DNA of 28,195 nt. It comes from Enhygromyxa sp. (GTDB lineage Bacteria > Myxococcota_A > Polyangia > Nannocystales > Nannocystaceae). The DNA lies in NCBI GenBank assembly GCA_046484755.1, contig JAWOII010000250.1, positions 1 to 28,195 on the forward strand. The letters are read 5' to 3'. The position numbers were made by a program, and so were the translations under genes. The notes under the pieces were generated by a model, which saw nothing but the letters and a program-made list of their open reading frames with translations, did no database searches and was not told where the DNA came from. Below, piece by piece: positions 18,148-27,233 of the stretch (position 1 is its first letter; each line of letters begins with the position of its first letter).

Positions 18148-18669
18148 ATGAGCAGCGAACAAAGCGCCGAAGTCCAGTCCGCCGAAAAACTCCGTAAGCT
18201 CGTGCGCGAGTTCGACGACGCGATGCTCGTCAGCCTCGACGGCGGCGGCCAGCTGCACGGCCGTCCCATGCGGATCGTCGGTCACCAGCAAGACGGCGCC
18301 GACGATCTATGGTTTTTCACCGGAATCAACGCCGCCAAGCTCGCCGAGATGCGCCAAAACCCGCAGGTCGCGGTGACCATGGCAGACGGCAAGCGCTTCG
18401 TGGCGATCAGCGGCGAGGCCCGCATAGTCGTCGATCCGGCCAAGATCCAGAGCCTGTGGAACGAGAGCTGGAAGCTGTGGTTCCCCGACGGGCCCACGGG
18501 CGGCGGGATCGCGCTGATCCAGGTGCTGCCGCAGCACGCGGAGTACTGGGATCAGTCCTTCCCGGCGGGGATCCGCTTCGCGCTCGAGGCCGCCAAGGCC
18601 TGGGTCGCCAACGAGGCGATCGAGGAGCCCGACCGGCCCGAGCAGCACGCGAAAATTCAACTCTCCTGA
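18148..18669 (+). CDS. pyridoxamine 5'-phosphate oxidase-like FMN-binding protein (general stress protein 26 family)
   Basis: LVREFDDAMLVSLDGGGQLHGRPMRIV...QNPQVAVTMADGKRFVAISGEARIV...LWFPDGPTGGGIALIQV is the PNPOx-like split-barrel pattern. RBS gaaagg upstream. Confidence 0.6.
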   Translation: MSSEQSAEVQSAEKLRKLVREFDDAMLVSLDGGGQLHGRPMRIVGHQQDGADDLWFFTGINAAKLAEMRQNPQVAVTMADGKRFVAISGEARIVVDPAKIQSLWNESWKLWFPDGPTGGGIALIQVLPQHAEYWDQSFPAGIRFALEAAKAWVANEAIEEPDRPEQHAKIQLS

Positions 18670-18759
18670 GCCCGGGGTCACTCATTCCCGAGCGTGCTTG
18701 CGATCGGGGGGGCACGGATCCGAAGCTCGCACGTCTACCAGCGCGGCGAGGCCAGGCTC

Positions 18760-20103
18760 ATGCATCGCACCGCGCGTGTTTCCAACAAGACCCCTCCTCG
18801 TGGCGTGCCGCTGCTCGGCCACCTACCCCGGCTGCTCGCCGATCCCTGCGCGCTCGCGGTCGAGCTGATGCGCTTGGGTGACGAGGTCGTCCCCCTGCGG
18901 CTGGGCCCGACCACGGTCTATTTCGTCCACCACCCCGACCATCTCCAGCACATCATGCTGGACAATCACCAAAACTACAGCAAGGGCCCGCTGTTCGCCC
19001 GCGCCGACATCCTGGTCGGCAACGGGCTGGTGGTCAGCCACGGCGAGGCGTGGCGACGGCAGCGGCGGCTGATGGCGCCTCCCTTCGCGCGCAAGCGGCT
19101 GCGCGAGCTGGTGCCGGTCATCGCCAGGGTCGTCGAGGCGCGCCTGGCCCCCTGGCGCCAAGGCGGGGTGTTCGAGATGTGGCGCGAGATGACCGGCATC
19201 ACCATGAGCGCGCTGCTCGAGAGCATCTTTGCGACCAGCATGGACGAGGGCATGGTTCGTCGCTTCGTCAACGCCTTCGACACCATCGTCGATCACGTCG
19301 GGATCCGGGCGCTGGCCTTCTTCCTGCCCGAGCGCTTCCCCCTGCCCGGGCGGGCGGCGGCGCTGGCTGCCCGCGAGGAGCTGCACCGGATCATCGAGGA
19401 CATCGTCGCCGAGCGGCGCCGCTCGGGCAGCGAGGGCAACGACCTGCTCGGCCTGCTGCTCGCCGCCCGCGACGAGGGCGGCGAGGGCATGAGCGACGAG
19501 CAGCTCCGCGACGAGGTCAAGACCGCCGTGTTCGCGGGCTACGACTCCACGGCCACCGGCCTCGCCTTCACCCTCTACCTGCTCGCAGCCCACCCCGAGT
19601 CGGCCCGGCGGGCCCGCGAGCAGATCATGGAGGTCATGCCCGAGGGCCTCCCCGACGCCGAGCAAGTCGAGCAGCTCGATTACCTGCGCCGGGTGTTTTG
19701 CGACGCGCTGCGCCTGTACCCGCCGCTGGCCTTTCACCCGCGCATGGCCCTGGCCGACGACCAGATCGGCGGTCAGCGGATCCCCGCGGGGGCGACCTTG
19801 CTCTACAGCAATTACGCGCCCGGGCGAAACCCGGCATTTTGGCAGTATCCCGACTCTTTTTATCCGGATCACTTCCTGCCCGAGGCGGTCGCCCAGCGCC
19901 ACCGCTTCGCCTATCAGCCCTTCGCCGTCGGTCCACGCAGCTGCATCGGCATGGGCATGGCCGTGCTCGAGGCGCAGATCGTCCTGGCGATGATCCTGCG
20001 GGACTACGAGCTGGTCCGACCGGTGAACACGCCGGTGATGCAAGGGCGCATGGGCACCTCGCGGGCCAAGGGCGGGATCTGGATCGAGCTGCGGCCGCGC
20101 TGA
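18760..20103 (+). CDS. cytochrome P450 monooxygenase
   Basis: Heme-binding loop FAVGPRSCIGMGMA (F-x-x-G-x-R-x-C-x-G), I-helix AGYDSTATG, and E-x-x-R in DALRLYPP. Start taken at ATG 18760 (MHRTARV...) rather than the non-ATG start at 18694. Confidence 0.85.
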   Translation: MHRTARVSNKTPPRGVPLLGHLPRLLADPCALAVELMRLGDEVVPLRLGPTTVYFVHHPDHLQHIMLDNHQNYSKGPLFARADILVGNGLVVSHGEAWRRQRRLMAPPFARKRLRELVPVIARVVEARLAPWRQGGVFEMWREMTGITMSALLESIFATSMDEGMVRRFVNAFDTIVDHVGIRALAFFLPERFPLPGRAAALAAREELHRIIEDIVAERRRSGSEGNDLLGLLLAARDEGGEGMSDEQLRDEVKTAVFAGYDSTATGLAFTLYLLAAHPESARRAREQIMEVMPEGLPDAEQVEQLDYLRRVFCDALRLYPPLAFHPRMALADDQIGGQRIPAGATLLYSNYAPGRNPAFWQYPDSFYPDHFLPEAVAQRHRFAYQPFAVGPRSCIGMGMAVLEAQIVLAMILRDYELVRPVNTPVMQGRMGTSRAKGGIWIELRPR

Positions 20104-20129
20104 CGCCCGGTCCACAGCTCATCAGCGCC

Positions 20130-21458
20130 TCAGCTCATCAGCTTGTTGATCTCGGTCTGGAAGTGGGCGCTGACGTCGGCGAGGCTGGCGTTGCGCAGCA
20201 TGTCGAGGGCGAACACAAACTCCTGCTTCTTGTCGAAGTGAAAGAGCTTGTTCTTCTCGACCTCCATCATGACCTTGAGGTTGGTCCCGAGGTACTCGAT
20301 GTCGAGGTTGATGTCGGTGATGTTGAGCTGCTTGCGCAGGTGCATGGGCGGGTTGAACTTGCCCGTGTACTTCTGCCCGAGCGGCTTGCTGGCGATGTTG
20401 TTGATCCGGTAGTCGAGGGCCCCGAGCGCGTCGCGGATCTTTTCGATGTCGCGGTTGCGCATGGTGATGTCGATGTTCGCCTCGATGTCGAAGGCCCAGG
20501 AGATGTCGACGTAGCCGCGCAGCCGCCAGTAGCAGTCGGGCGAGGAGATCGAGGTGCCGCTCGGCACCCGCAGCGAGAAGGGCATCGGCAGCACGTCGCC
20601 CTTTTTGGTCTTCCACGGGCCCTGGCGAGCGAGGCAGCGGTCCCACACGTGGCCGTTCTTGGGGCCCTTTTTGTGGTACTCGACCAGCTCGACGAAGATC
20701 GAGGCGACTGTCTCCTTGTCGGTCGAGGTGAACTCGAGGAAGCCGTTGATGGTGTTGTCGTTGGCGAAGGTGTCGCCGGGCAGGGCGATTAGCAAGGTGC
20801 CGTTGTTGTTGCTGCCCTGGCTGCGGTAGGTCAGCTCGCTTGGGGTCGGGCCCTGGGTCCCGCCGACGCCGACGGTCGCGGCCACGCCCGCGCCCATGTT
20901 GGTCAGCGACTGCTGGGCCTGGTGAGCCGCCGGCGAGCCGCCGGGCGCCGCGGTCTGAGGCCGCGCCTGCTGGGGCTGGGCAAAGCCCATCGGCTGGCCC
21001 GGCGCCTGCCCGTAGCCCGTCGGCTGGCCCGGGTAGCCCGTCGGCTGGCCCGGGTAGCCCGTCGGCGGGGCCGATTGACCGAGCTGCTGCTGGCGACGCT
21101 GGGCCATCATCGCCATCAGCTCGGGCGGCAGCGCGGCCATGACCGTCGCCGCCCGGCCGCCGCCCGGCTGAGTCCACTCGACCCCGAGCGGCGCGTGACC
21201 GACGTAGACCACCTGCCCGGGCGCGAGCTCGACCGGCTGGGCTCCGAGCGCCTGACCGTTGACCCACGTCCCGTTGGACGAGCCGAGATCCCGGATGAAG
21301 ACCGAGTTGCCTTGCAAGAACACCTCGGCGTGGCGTCGCGACACGCTCTCGTCGTGGATCCACAGCTCGCAGCTCTGCTCGTCACGGCCGATCATGATCC
21401 GTGGTTGGGTTGGCCCGACTTGCCGCGTGAGGGTTCCAAGCTTCAGCTCTACGGTCAT
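20130..21458 (-). CDS. FHA-domain protein with Pro/Gln/Gly-rich repeat linker and a C-terminal domain of unknown function
   Basis: FHA signature GRDEQSCELWIHDESVSRRHAEVFLQGNSVFIRDLGSSNGTWVNGQ. The start is an internal ATG (21456-21458) with ggag RBS 10 nt upstream; the track ORF adds an Arg-rich N-terminal extension. The linker PTGYPGQPTGYPGQ is encoded by a 21-bp tandem repeat. The C-terminal roughly 250 aa have markedly lower GC (about 50-57%). Confidence 0.75.
   Translation of the reverse strand: MTVELKLGTLTRQVGPTQPRIMIGRDEQSCELWIHDESVSRRHAEVFLQGNSVFIRDLGSSNGTWVNGQALGAQPVELAPGQVVYVGHAPLGVEWTQPGGGRAATVMAALPPELMAMMAQRRQQQLGQSAPPTGYPGQPTGYPGQPTGYGQAPGQPMGFAQPQQARPQTAAPGGSPAAHQAQQSLTNMGAGVAATVGVGGTQGPTPSELTYRSQGSNNNGTLLIALPGDTFANDNTINGFLEFTSTDKETVASIFVELVEYHKKGPKNGHVWDRCLARQGPWKTKKGDVLPMPFSLRVPSGTSISSPDCYWRLRGYVDISWAFDIEANIDITMRNRDIEKIRDALGALDYRINNIASKPLGQKYTGKFNPPMHLRKQLNITDINLDIEYLGTNLKVMMEVEKNKLFHFDKKQEFVFALDMLRNASLADVSAHFQTEINKLMS
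20985..21073 (-). repeat. 21-bp in-frame tandem repeat (gtagcccgtcggctggcccgg, about 4 units) encoding the QPTGYPG heptad linker
   Basis: Two perfect copies at 21012-21032 and 21033-21053, with degenerate copies on each side. Confidence 0.7.
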
Positions 21459-21597
21459 TGTTGCAGTGCTCCGCAATTCGCTCGTGGTGCGGGTTCGGCC
21501 CGCGTGCGCCGGCAGTCTAACAGCCCGCGGCCGCCTGCGTGCGTGAGATTGGTTTGTACGGCGCTGCCGCGCTCGCGCCGAGCTGGTACCCTCGGCC

Positions 21598-22245
21598 ATG
21601 TCTTTGCGACGCTACGGCGTGCTCAAGGCCCGACCGACCGACCGCCGGCAGGGCGGCGGCCGGACGCCGCACTACCACATCCATGCGGTCGATCACGGCG
21701 AGGACTACCGGATCTCGATCAGCGTGCGCTCCAAGCCCGGTCCCTCGCGGGTGCTCTACCGGATCGACGATCGCTTCGAGCACCCCGTGCTCGCCCGGCT
21801 CCGCGAGCTGCCGATGGGCTTTTGCGGCCTACCCTCGGAGCCCGACGGCCTCGCCCTCGACTACGTCCGCGGCGAGCTGCTGCGCCGCGAGGACATGCAC
21901 GAGCTCGCCTGGGACGTGCCCGGCCCCGACCAGGACTTCAGCGAGCTCCTCCACCTGTGGATCGGCCGGGCGCTGCGGGACGAAGACGCGCTGATCTACG
22001 CCTTCGGCGAGCGCTTCGGCCCCGCGCACGGGCCCGATCACCACTTCGGCTTTCGGCCCGCCACCGGCATCTACAACGTGCACATGAACCAGGGCAGCGA
22101 CCCCGCCTACGCGGCCCTCGACGGGACCTGGCAAGACGGCGCGCTGCTCTTGTGGTTTCCGGCGATCGTCGAGGACGGCCTAGTCAAGCTGCGCGAGCGC
22201 TGGGTGGCCGTGTTCGTGGCCTTCGAGTCGCAGCGCTGGGGGTGA
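21598..22245 (+). CDS. DUF2278 (YukJ-like) family protein
   Basis: YGVLKARPTDRR...PHYHIHAVD...LDYVRGELL...WDVPGPD...ALRDEDALIYAFGERFGP...HFGFRP..GIYNVHMNQGS...WQDGALLLWFP...WVAVFVAFESQ matches my recollection of the conserved YukJ/DUF2278 core. Transcribed divergently from the FHA gene across a 139-bp gap. Confidence 0.55.
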   Translation: MSLRRYGVLKARPTDRRQGGGRTPHYHIHAVDHGEDYRISISVRSKPGPSRVLYRIDDRFEHPVLARLRELPMGFCGLPSEPDGLALDYVRGELLRREDMHELAWDVPGPDQDFSELLHLWIGRALRDEDALIYAFGERFGPAHGPDHHFGFRPATGIYNVHMNQGSDPAYAALDGTWQDGALLLWFPAIVEDGLVKLRERWVAVFVAFESQRWG

Positions 22246-22299
22246 CCAGGCGCATTCGCGGTAATTGCTGACGCAGGCCCGCGACAGCGATGGTCGAGC

Positions 22300-23046
22300 T
22301 CAGCTCCGCCGCGCCTCCTGCAACAGCCGGCGGGCGAGCAGCAGGTGCCCGAACAGCGCCGCGGTGACCATGATCGTCGGCAGCCACACGAAGGGCACGG
22401 TCATGACCCAGGTGTTCGGCGGGCCGTCGAAGCGCGAGAGCGGACCGGGGAAGGACATGATCGCGATCGAGACGATCGTCAGCAGCAGACCGAGGCCGAG
22501 CAGGTTCCAGGCCCACAACCAGCCCCGCGGAGCCGGGCGCTCCTCCCCGCGTCGCCACAGCCACAACCCCAAAGCGAGCCCGGTGATGCCCGAGACCACG
22601 TCGAAGTTGAGGCCCGACCAGGTCATCTGCACGCCGATCACCCCCTCGACGTAGGCCCGGTGGAGCATGAACTCGACGGCGACGCGGAAGCCCTGGTAGC
22701 CGACAATCAGCCAAAGCGGGAGCGACTCGGCCAGACGCTTGCCGAAGGGCGAGGCCGCCAGCGCGATCGTCAGCACGGCGCCGAGACCCAACAGCGGCAT
22801 GATCCGTGGTGGGAAGCCCTCGGACTCGGCGAGGAAGCCGGTCGCCGCCAGCCCGCCGGTGAGCGCGAGCCAGGCACCGATCCCCAGCGCGCTGCGGAGC
22901 GTGAACGAGTAGGTGGCCGCCCGCGGCTCGCCGCGGCGCACCCCGGCGTACCAGCGCCCGAGCGGAAACGCCACGACCAGCGCGGCGGTGATCGTCACGC
23001 ACAGGGCTGCCAAGGACGCGCTCGCAGGCGCGCTGTGTTCGAGCAT
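22300..23046 (-). CDS. polytopic membrane protein (about 6-7 TM helices), function unknown
   Basis: Internal ATG (23044-23046) preceded by gaggag RBS. Multiple hydrophobic helices (LAALCVTITAALVVAF, LGIGAWLALTGGLAATGFL, LLGLGAVLTIALAA, GITGLALGLWLW, LLGLGLLLTIVSIAIM, TVPFVWLPTIMVTAALFGHLLL). The plus-strand ORF 22345..23136 is antisense. Confidence 0.55.
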   Translation of the reverse strand: MLEHSAPASASLAALCVTITAALVVAFPLGRWYAGVRRGEPRAATYSFTLRSALGIGAWLALTGGLAATGFLAESEGFPPRIMPLLGLGAVLTIALAASPFGKRLAESLPLWLIVGYQGFRVAVEFMLHRAYVEGVIGVQMTWSGLNFDVVSGITGLALGLWLWRRGEERPAPRGWLWAWNLLGLGLLLTIVSIAIMSFPGPLSRFDGPPNTWVMTVPFVWLPTIMVTAALFGHLLLARRLLQEARRS

Positions 23047-23157
23047 GGGGCTTCTCCTCGCTCGACAGACTACTTGAAACCCGACCCTCGAGCTCGGCGC
23101 CGATCCGCGGCGCTTCGGGGGATTCGCTGGGAGTGATCGATCAGGCAGACTAAGGCG

Positions 23158-23763
23158 GTGCTCCGCATCTACGGCACCCACACCTCCCCCTACGTCCGCC
23201 GGGTCAGGATCGTCGCCCACGAGCTCGGCCTCGAGCACGAGCTGATCGACACCGCGACCGAGGACGGCCTCGCGGCGCTACAGGCCCTCACGCCGATCTG
23301 GAAGGTCCCGGTGGTCGAGCTCGACAACGTCCCGGTGTTCGACTCGGCGGTGATCAACGAGACCCTGCTGCGCCTGCACGGGCCGGGTCCGCTCGCGCCG
23401 CCCGATCCTCACGATCTGATCCTCCGCAACGTGATCACGGTCATCGACGGAGCGCTCGACTCGCTGATCAACTGCTTTTATCTAAACCGCGACGGCGTCG
23501 ACGCCGAACAGGCGCCCTACCTGCAAAAGCACCAGGATCGGGCCGCGAGCGCGATGGCGTGGCTCGACGAGCGAGCCAAGGACGGCTGGCTGTCGCCGAC
23601 CAAGAGCTTTGGGCTGGCAGAGATCGCGCTGTGCACCGCCCTGGGGTGGATGCGCTTTCGCGACACCTACGCGATCGACCGCCACCCTGCCCTGCTGCGC
23701 TGCTTCGAGGAGCACGAGCAGCGGCCGAGCCTGGCGGCGACGCAGCCGCCGAGCCCGAGCTGA
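23158..23763 (+). CDS. glutathione S-transferase family protein
   Basis: N-terminal thioredoxin-like GST pattern MLRIYGTHTSPYVRRVRIVAHELGL...PVVELDNVPVFDSAVI. GTG start at 23158. Confidence 0.55.
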   Translation: MLRIYGTHTSPYVRRVRIVAHELGLEHELIDTATEDGLAALQALTPIWKVPVVELDNVPVFDSAVINETLLRLHGPGPLAPPDPHDLILRNVITVIDGALDSLINCFYLNRDGVDAEQAPYLQKHQDRAASAMAWLDERAKDGWLSPTKSFGLAEIALCTALGWMRFRDTYAIDRHPALLRCFEEHEQRPSLAATQPPSPS

Positions 23764-23810
23764 GCGAGCTGAGGTGGACGATCGTCGCGGGCGTGGGCGA
23801 TGATTGACCG

Positions 23811-24983
23811 GTGGTGCACCCCCTCGCCGAGCCGTCGATCCTAGCCGAGGCCGCCCAGCGCTTCGGCGTCGACGATCCGCTCGAGCCCGAGTTCGCCCCG
23901 GCCTTTCGCGCGCTGCTCCGGGCCCTGCACGAAGAGGCGCGGCTGAGCCCGGCCGGGCTCGAGCGGACCCGCGAGCGACTGCTCCGCGCGCTCGGGCGCC
24001 GGGTCGCCCTCGCCCGGCTCGAGCAGGCCGAGCCAAGCGTGACCTCGATTGCGATCGAGCGCCCGATCGTCGTCACCGGGTTCCCGCGCACCGGCACGAC
24101 CTTGCTGCACAACCTGCTCGCCAGGGTCGAGGGCCTGTGGGCGCCCCCGCTTTGGCAGCTGCGGACGCCGGTCGCTCCGCTCGGGCTCGCGCCCGGACCC
24201 CTACAGCACTGGGAGCAGCAACAGCGCGAGGACACGGCCGCGCTGCTCGACTCGGTGTTCGCCGCGGCGCCGGGCTTTCAGGCGATCCACCCAATGGACC
24301 CAAGCTGGCCCGACGAGTGCAACTGGCTCCTGCGCAATTGCTTCTCGACTCTGGCCAACGCGTTTAGCTGGTTCATCCCGGGCTACGTCGAATTTCTGCG
24401 GACCTGCGACATGCGGCCGGCCTACGCCGATCACCGCCGCTTCATGCGAGCGCTGATCCACCGGCGCGGCGATCGACCCCGGCTCGCGCTCAAGGACCCC
24501 TTCCACATGTGGCAGGTCGAGGCCCTATTGGCCGCCTACCCCGACGCCACCATCATCTGGCTGCACCGCGAGCCCGCGCAGATCGTGCCCTCGCTCGCGA
24601 GCCTGTGCGCGAGCTTGCAGGCGATCGACACCGACTCGCCGCGCACCCAGGCCGAGATCGGGCGCTTCGCCCTGTACATCCTCGGCCAGGGCCTGCGCGC
24701 CCTCGAGCAGGCCCGGCGCACGCTGCCGGGCGAACACTTCATCGATCTTCCCTACCGCGAGCTGGTCGCCTCCCCAGGCGCGGTGCTGCGCGATCTCGGC
24801 GAGCGGCTCGGCTTCGACGCCGGCACCGACGCGCTCGAGCAGGCCGGGCGCTGGCTCGCGCAAAACCGCCAGCACAAGCTCGGGCGGCACCGCTATTCGC
24901 TCGAGGACTTCGGCCTGAGCGAGGAGGTCATCGAGGAGTATTTTGGCGACTATCGGGGGCGCTTTGGGGCGCTGTTGGATTGA
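23811..24983 (+). CDS. sulfotransferase family protein (PAPS-dependent)
   Basis: 5'-PSB motif VVTGFPRTGTTLLHNLL (G-x-P-R-[ST]-G-T-T). The size and the downstream pattern are typical. GTG start. Confidence 0.7.
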   Translation: MVHPLAEPSILAEAAQRFGVDDPLEPEFAPAFRALLRALHEEARLSPAGLERTRERLLRALGRRVALARLEQAEPSVTSIAIERPIVVTGFPRTGTTLLHNLLARVEGLWAPPLWQLRTPVAPLGLAPGPLQHWEQQQREDTAALLDSVFAAAPGFQAIHPMDPSWPDECNWLLRNCFSTLANAFSWFIPGYVEFLRTCDMRPAYADHRRFMRALIHRRGDRPRLALKDPFHMWQVEALLAAYPDATIIWLHREPAQIVPSLASLCASLQAIDTDSPRTQAEIGRFALYILGQGLRALEQARRTLPGEHFIDLPYRELVASPGAVLRDLGERLGFDAGTDALEQAGRWLAQNRQHKLGRHRYSLEDFGLSEEVIEEYFGDYRGRFGALLD

Positions 24984-25005
24984 CTCGGTTCGAGAGCAGT
25001 CGCGC

Positions 25006-25767
25006 TCAGCGGGTCTTCGTCGCTTGCTTCTGCTTCGGCGACGACAGATAGAGCTTCCCGCCCTTGGCACGGAGCACGAGCCCCGGCAGCTTCTCGCTCG
25101 TCCTCATCTTCGTCTTGCTGCGTACCGGCACGAGCACCGCGACGAACTCGCGCTTGTCCTTTTTGTTGACCTCGCGCCGGTGGACCAGCTTCCACTTCTG
25201 CCCGTCGATGACGAGGACCTCGCCCTCCTTCTTCGAGTCGAGGAAGCCACGGAGCTTGGCTACGAAACGTGCGTCGTCGACGACGATCCGGGTGAAATCC
25301 GGGTTGGCGTACTCGGTGACGCTGCCGAGGGACTCCTCCGCCTTCTCGCCGCCCTCGGTGCCCCCACCACCCTCGGTGCCCCCACCACCCTCGGTGCCCC
25401 CACCACCCTCGGTGCCCCCGCCACCGTCGGTGCCTCCGCCACCGTCGGTGCCTCCGCCACCGTCGGTGCCTCCACCACCGCCGCCACCACCGGGATCGGT
25501 CGGGATCTTCGGGCCGAAGGTGTGCGCAAACCAAAAGATGAACGCCTTGACCGGATCCCCGCGCGTGCCCGTATCCAGCGCGTTCCCCACCTCTGTCGCG
25601 GCATCGGCCCAGGCGTCCTGGTTGAGCGGGTTGCCGTCACAGATGACGTACGGGTCTTCACACAGGCTACCGGGGTTGGGATAGCCGGGGCTGGCGGAGG
25701 CCGGCGTCACCATCCACAGGCTACTGATCAAGGTCAGGGGCACAATCAGTCGTGTCGGCGTGTTCAT
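25006..25767 (-). CDS. secreted protein with (GGGGT[DE])n repeat linker and Lys-rich C-terminal domain
   Basis: Start at the internal ATG giving MNTPTRLIVPLTLISSLWMVTPASA, a signal peptide with an AxA cleavage site. The linker contains 7 or more copies of TDGGGG/TEGGGG. The C-terminal roughly 110 aa are K/R-rich. Convergent with the sulfotransferase; the stops are 22 bp apart. Confidence 0.5.
   Translation of the reverse strand: MNTPTRLIVPLTLISSLWMVTPASASPGYPNPGSLCEDPYVICDGNPLNQDAWADAATEVGNALDTGTRGDPVKAFIFWFAHTFGPKIPTDPGGGGGGGGTDGGGGTDGGGGTDGGGGTEGGGGTEGGGGTEGGGGTEGGEKAEESLGSVTEYANPDFTRIVVDDARFVAKLRGFLDSKKEGEVLVIDGQKWKLVHRREVNKKDKREFVAVLVPVRSKTKMRTSEKLPGLVLRAKGGKLYLSSPKQKQATKTR
25354..25494 (-). 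repeat. 18-bp in-frame tandem repeat (ctcggtgcccccaccacc and variants, 7 units plus a partial) encoding (TEGGGG/TDGGGG)n
   Basis: Three perfect copies at 25354-25407, followed by four copies carrying the same 2-3 substitutions. The unit is read directly from the sequence. Confidence 0.8.
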
Positions 25768-25913
25768 CTCAAAAGCAAAGAGAGGGGCCGAGGCCAACGG
25801 GATCATCATCGAGCCGGGTTCTGTGTGCCCTGCACCGTTAGAAGGCTCACGACGCTTGCGCCCGTCCCGATCGTCGAGCAAGCAGTTGCCCGATCACGGC
25901 CTATGCTCGGGCA

Positions 25914-27233
25914 GTGACCGCCCCGCCCAGCGAGCCCGAGCCGTCGGCCGCGACCCGAGTGATCGATGCGCTCGTGGCCGGCGGCCAGCCGGTCGACGAA
26001 GGCCGCTTCAGCCTCGACGTGGCCGCGGCCGCAGACAAGCTCGACAACTACCAACATGCTGACCGCAGCGCATACCTAGTCCCGCTCGTCGAGGGCGCAC
26101 GAGGCCTGGACGCCCGTCGGATCACCCTGACCACCCACGGCGAGGATCTCTCGATCTCGATGGAGGGTGTGGAGCTGCCCGATCCGCTGCGATTTTTGAG
26201 CAATCCGTTCGGGCTGATGCGGGGGGCCGACCTCGAGCGCAAGGACTGGGCGCTCGGGCGCCTCGGCGTCGCCCTGCACATGGCGCTGGGTCACGCTCGC
26301 GTCGCGCGGGTCGCGGTCAGCTACTCGGACCTCGCGAGCATGCTCGTGGCCGAGTATCGCGGCGACGGCAGCGTTCGACTCGCCCGCCGAGAGCCCGAGG
26401 TCACGGGCGAGCTCCGAATCATCATCGACCGGCCCTGGATCGAGCGCGTGTCGCTGCGCGGAGCCTGGCACGCCGAAATTGAGGTGCTTCGCGCCGCAAT
26501 CCAATATTCTCGCTTCGCCCTGTCCGTCGATGGCGAGTCGCTAGCGGGTCATTCCCGCAAATGGGCCTATGTCACCCGCGGCTCGGGACCGGGCTATTCT
26601 TACGAAGCTGGCCTCGAGCCGCACGAAGACCCGTCTGTGCTCGAACTGTGGAGCGAAGGGCTTTGCGTCGAGACGCTTCCGGGACCGGGGCTCGGCTTTC
26701 GAGCCGCCATCCACCTGACGATGCCTCGCCGCGATCTCTCGCAGATGAAGATCGTCCACGATGAGACCTTCAATACAGCCCTGGCGGCCGTCGAACACAG
26801 CTATCACGAGGCGCTAGAGCGGCTCGCCAGGCACGACGCGAGCTGGACCGGCGCAGATCGCCCGAGCCACTGGCCGAGGGCCCGTGTCGACCGTCTGCTC
26901 GGACGACACGAACGCGAGCGCCTGCCCGAGGAGACGGTTCGGCACAGGATACGCGCCAACCGCAAGAATATAGTGTCCGCGTTGGTGTTCGGGTGCGTGT
27001 TTGGCATCATCACAGGTTCGCTGGGATTCGCATTGCTCGTCGGTCCAAGCCTCTTCGGCGGGCTATGGTTTTTGGTCCTCATGCTCGTCGGCAGCGGCGC
27101 CGCGGGTCGGGAACTGGCCAACATCCTCGTGACCGACAAGCGAACGAAGATCGTGATTCAGGGCCTGTGGCTGGTCCTGATTGCGGTGATTGCTGGTTAC
27201 ATCGGACTCGAGATTATTTCGGGCATTCTCTAG
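25914..27233 (+). CDS. hypothetical protein with a C-terminal membrane anchor (about 3 TM helices)
   Basis: 439-aa ORF with GTG start and good coding bias. The C-terminus (IVSALVFGCVFGIITGSLGFALLVG, LWFLVLMLVGSGAAG, IQGLWLVLIAVIAGYIGLEII) is strongly hydrophobic. No family recognised. Confidence 0.5.
   Translation: MTAPPSEPEPSAATRVIDALVAGGQPVDEGRFSLDVAAAADKLDNYQHADRSAYLVPLVEGARGLDARRITLTTHGEDLSISMEGVELPDPLRFLSNPFGLMRGADLERKDWALGRLGVALHMALGHARVARVAVSYSDLASMLVAEYRGDGSVRLARREPEVTGELRIIIDRPWIERVSLRGAWHAEIEVLRAAIQYSRFALSVDGESLAGHSRKWAYVTRGSGPGYSYEAGLEPHEDPSVLELWSEGLCVETLPGPGLGFRAAIHLTMPRRDLSQMKIVHDETFNTALAAVEHSYHEALERLARHDASWTGADRPSHWPRARVDRLLGRHERERLPEETVRHRIRANRKNIVSALVFGCVFGIITGSLGFALLVGPSLFGGLWFLVLMLVGSGAAGRELANILVTDKRTKIVIQGLWLVLIAVIAGYIGLEIISGIL

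Noticed and set aside
18823-20792. ORFs 18823..20115 (-), 19050..20792 (+) and 19634..20122 (-)
   Set aside because: They overlap the cytochrome P450 and FHA genes, both of which have diagnostic motifs. The alternative frames are Arg/Pro/Gly-rich noise.
20840-22271. Plus-strand ORFs 20840..21142 and 20922..22271, and minus-strand 20122..21363
   Set aside because: Out-of-frame overlaps of the FHA and DUF2278 genes with biased composition. The real genes explain the region.
22345-23136. 263-aa plus-strand ORF
   Set aside because: Antisense to the polytopic membrane protein gene, which has a good RBS and regular hydrophobic helices. The translation is Arg/Gly/Pro-rich.
23468-24506. Minus-strand ORFs 23468..24235, 23482..24036, 23841..24110 and 24201..24506
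   Set aside because: Antisense to the GST and sulfotransferase genes, the latter carrying a clear PAPS-binding motif. No independent support.
25064-25684. 206-aa plus-strand ORF (PPPSVPPPPSV...) and the 24950..25534 / 25260..25661 minus-strand ORFs
   Set aside because: Repeat-driven alternative frames of the 18-bp minisatellite. The minus-strand frame is preferred because it has a signal peptide and a coherent domain organisation.
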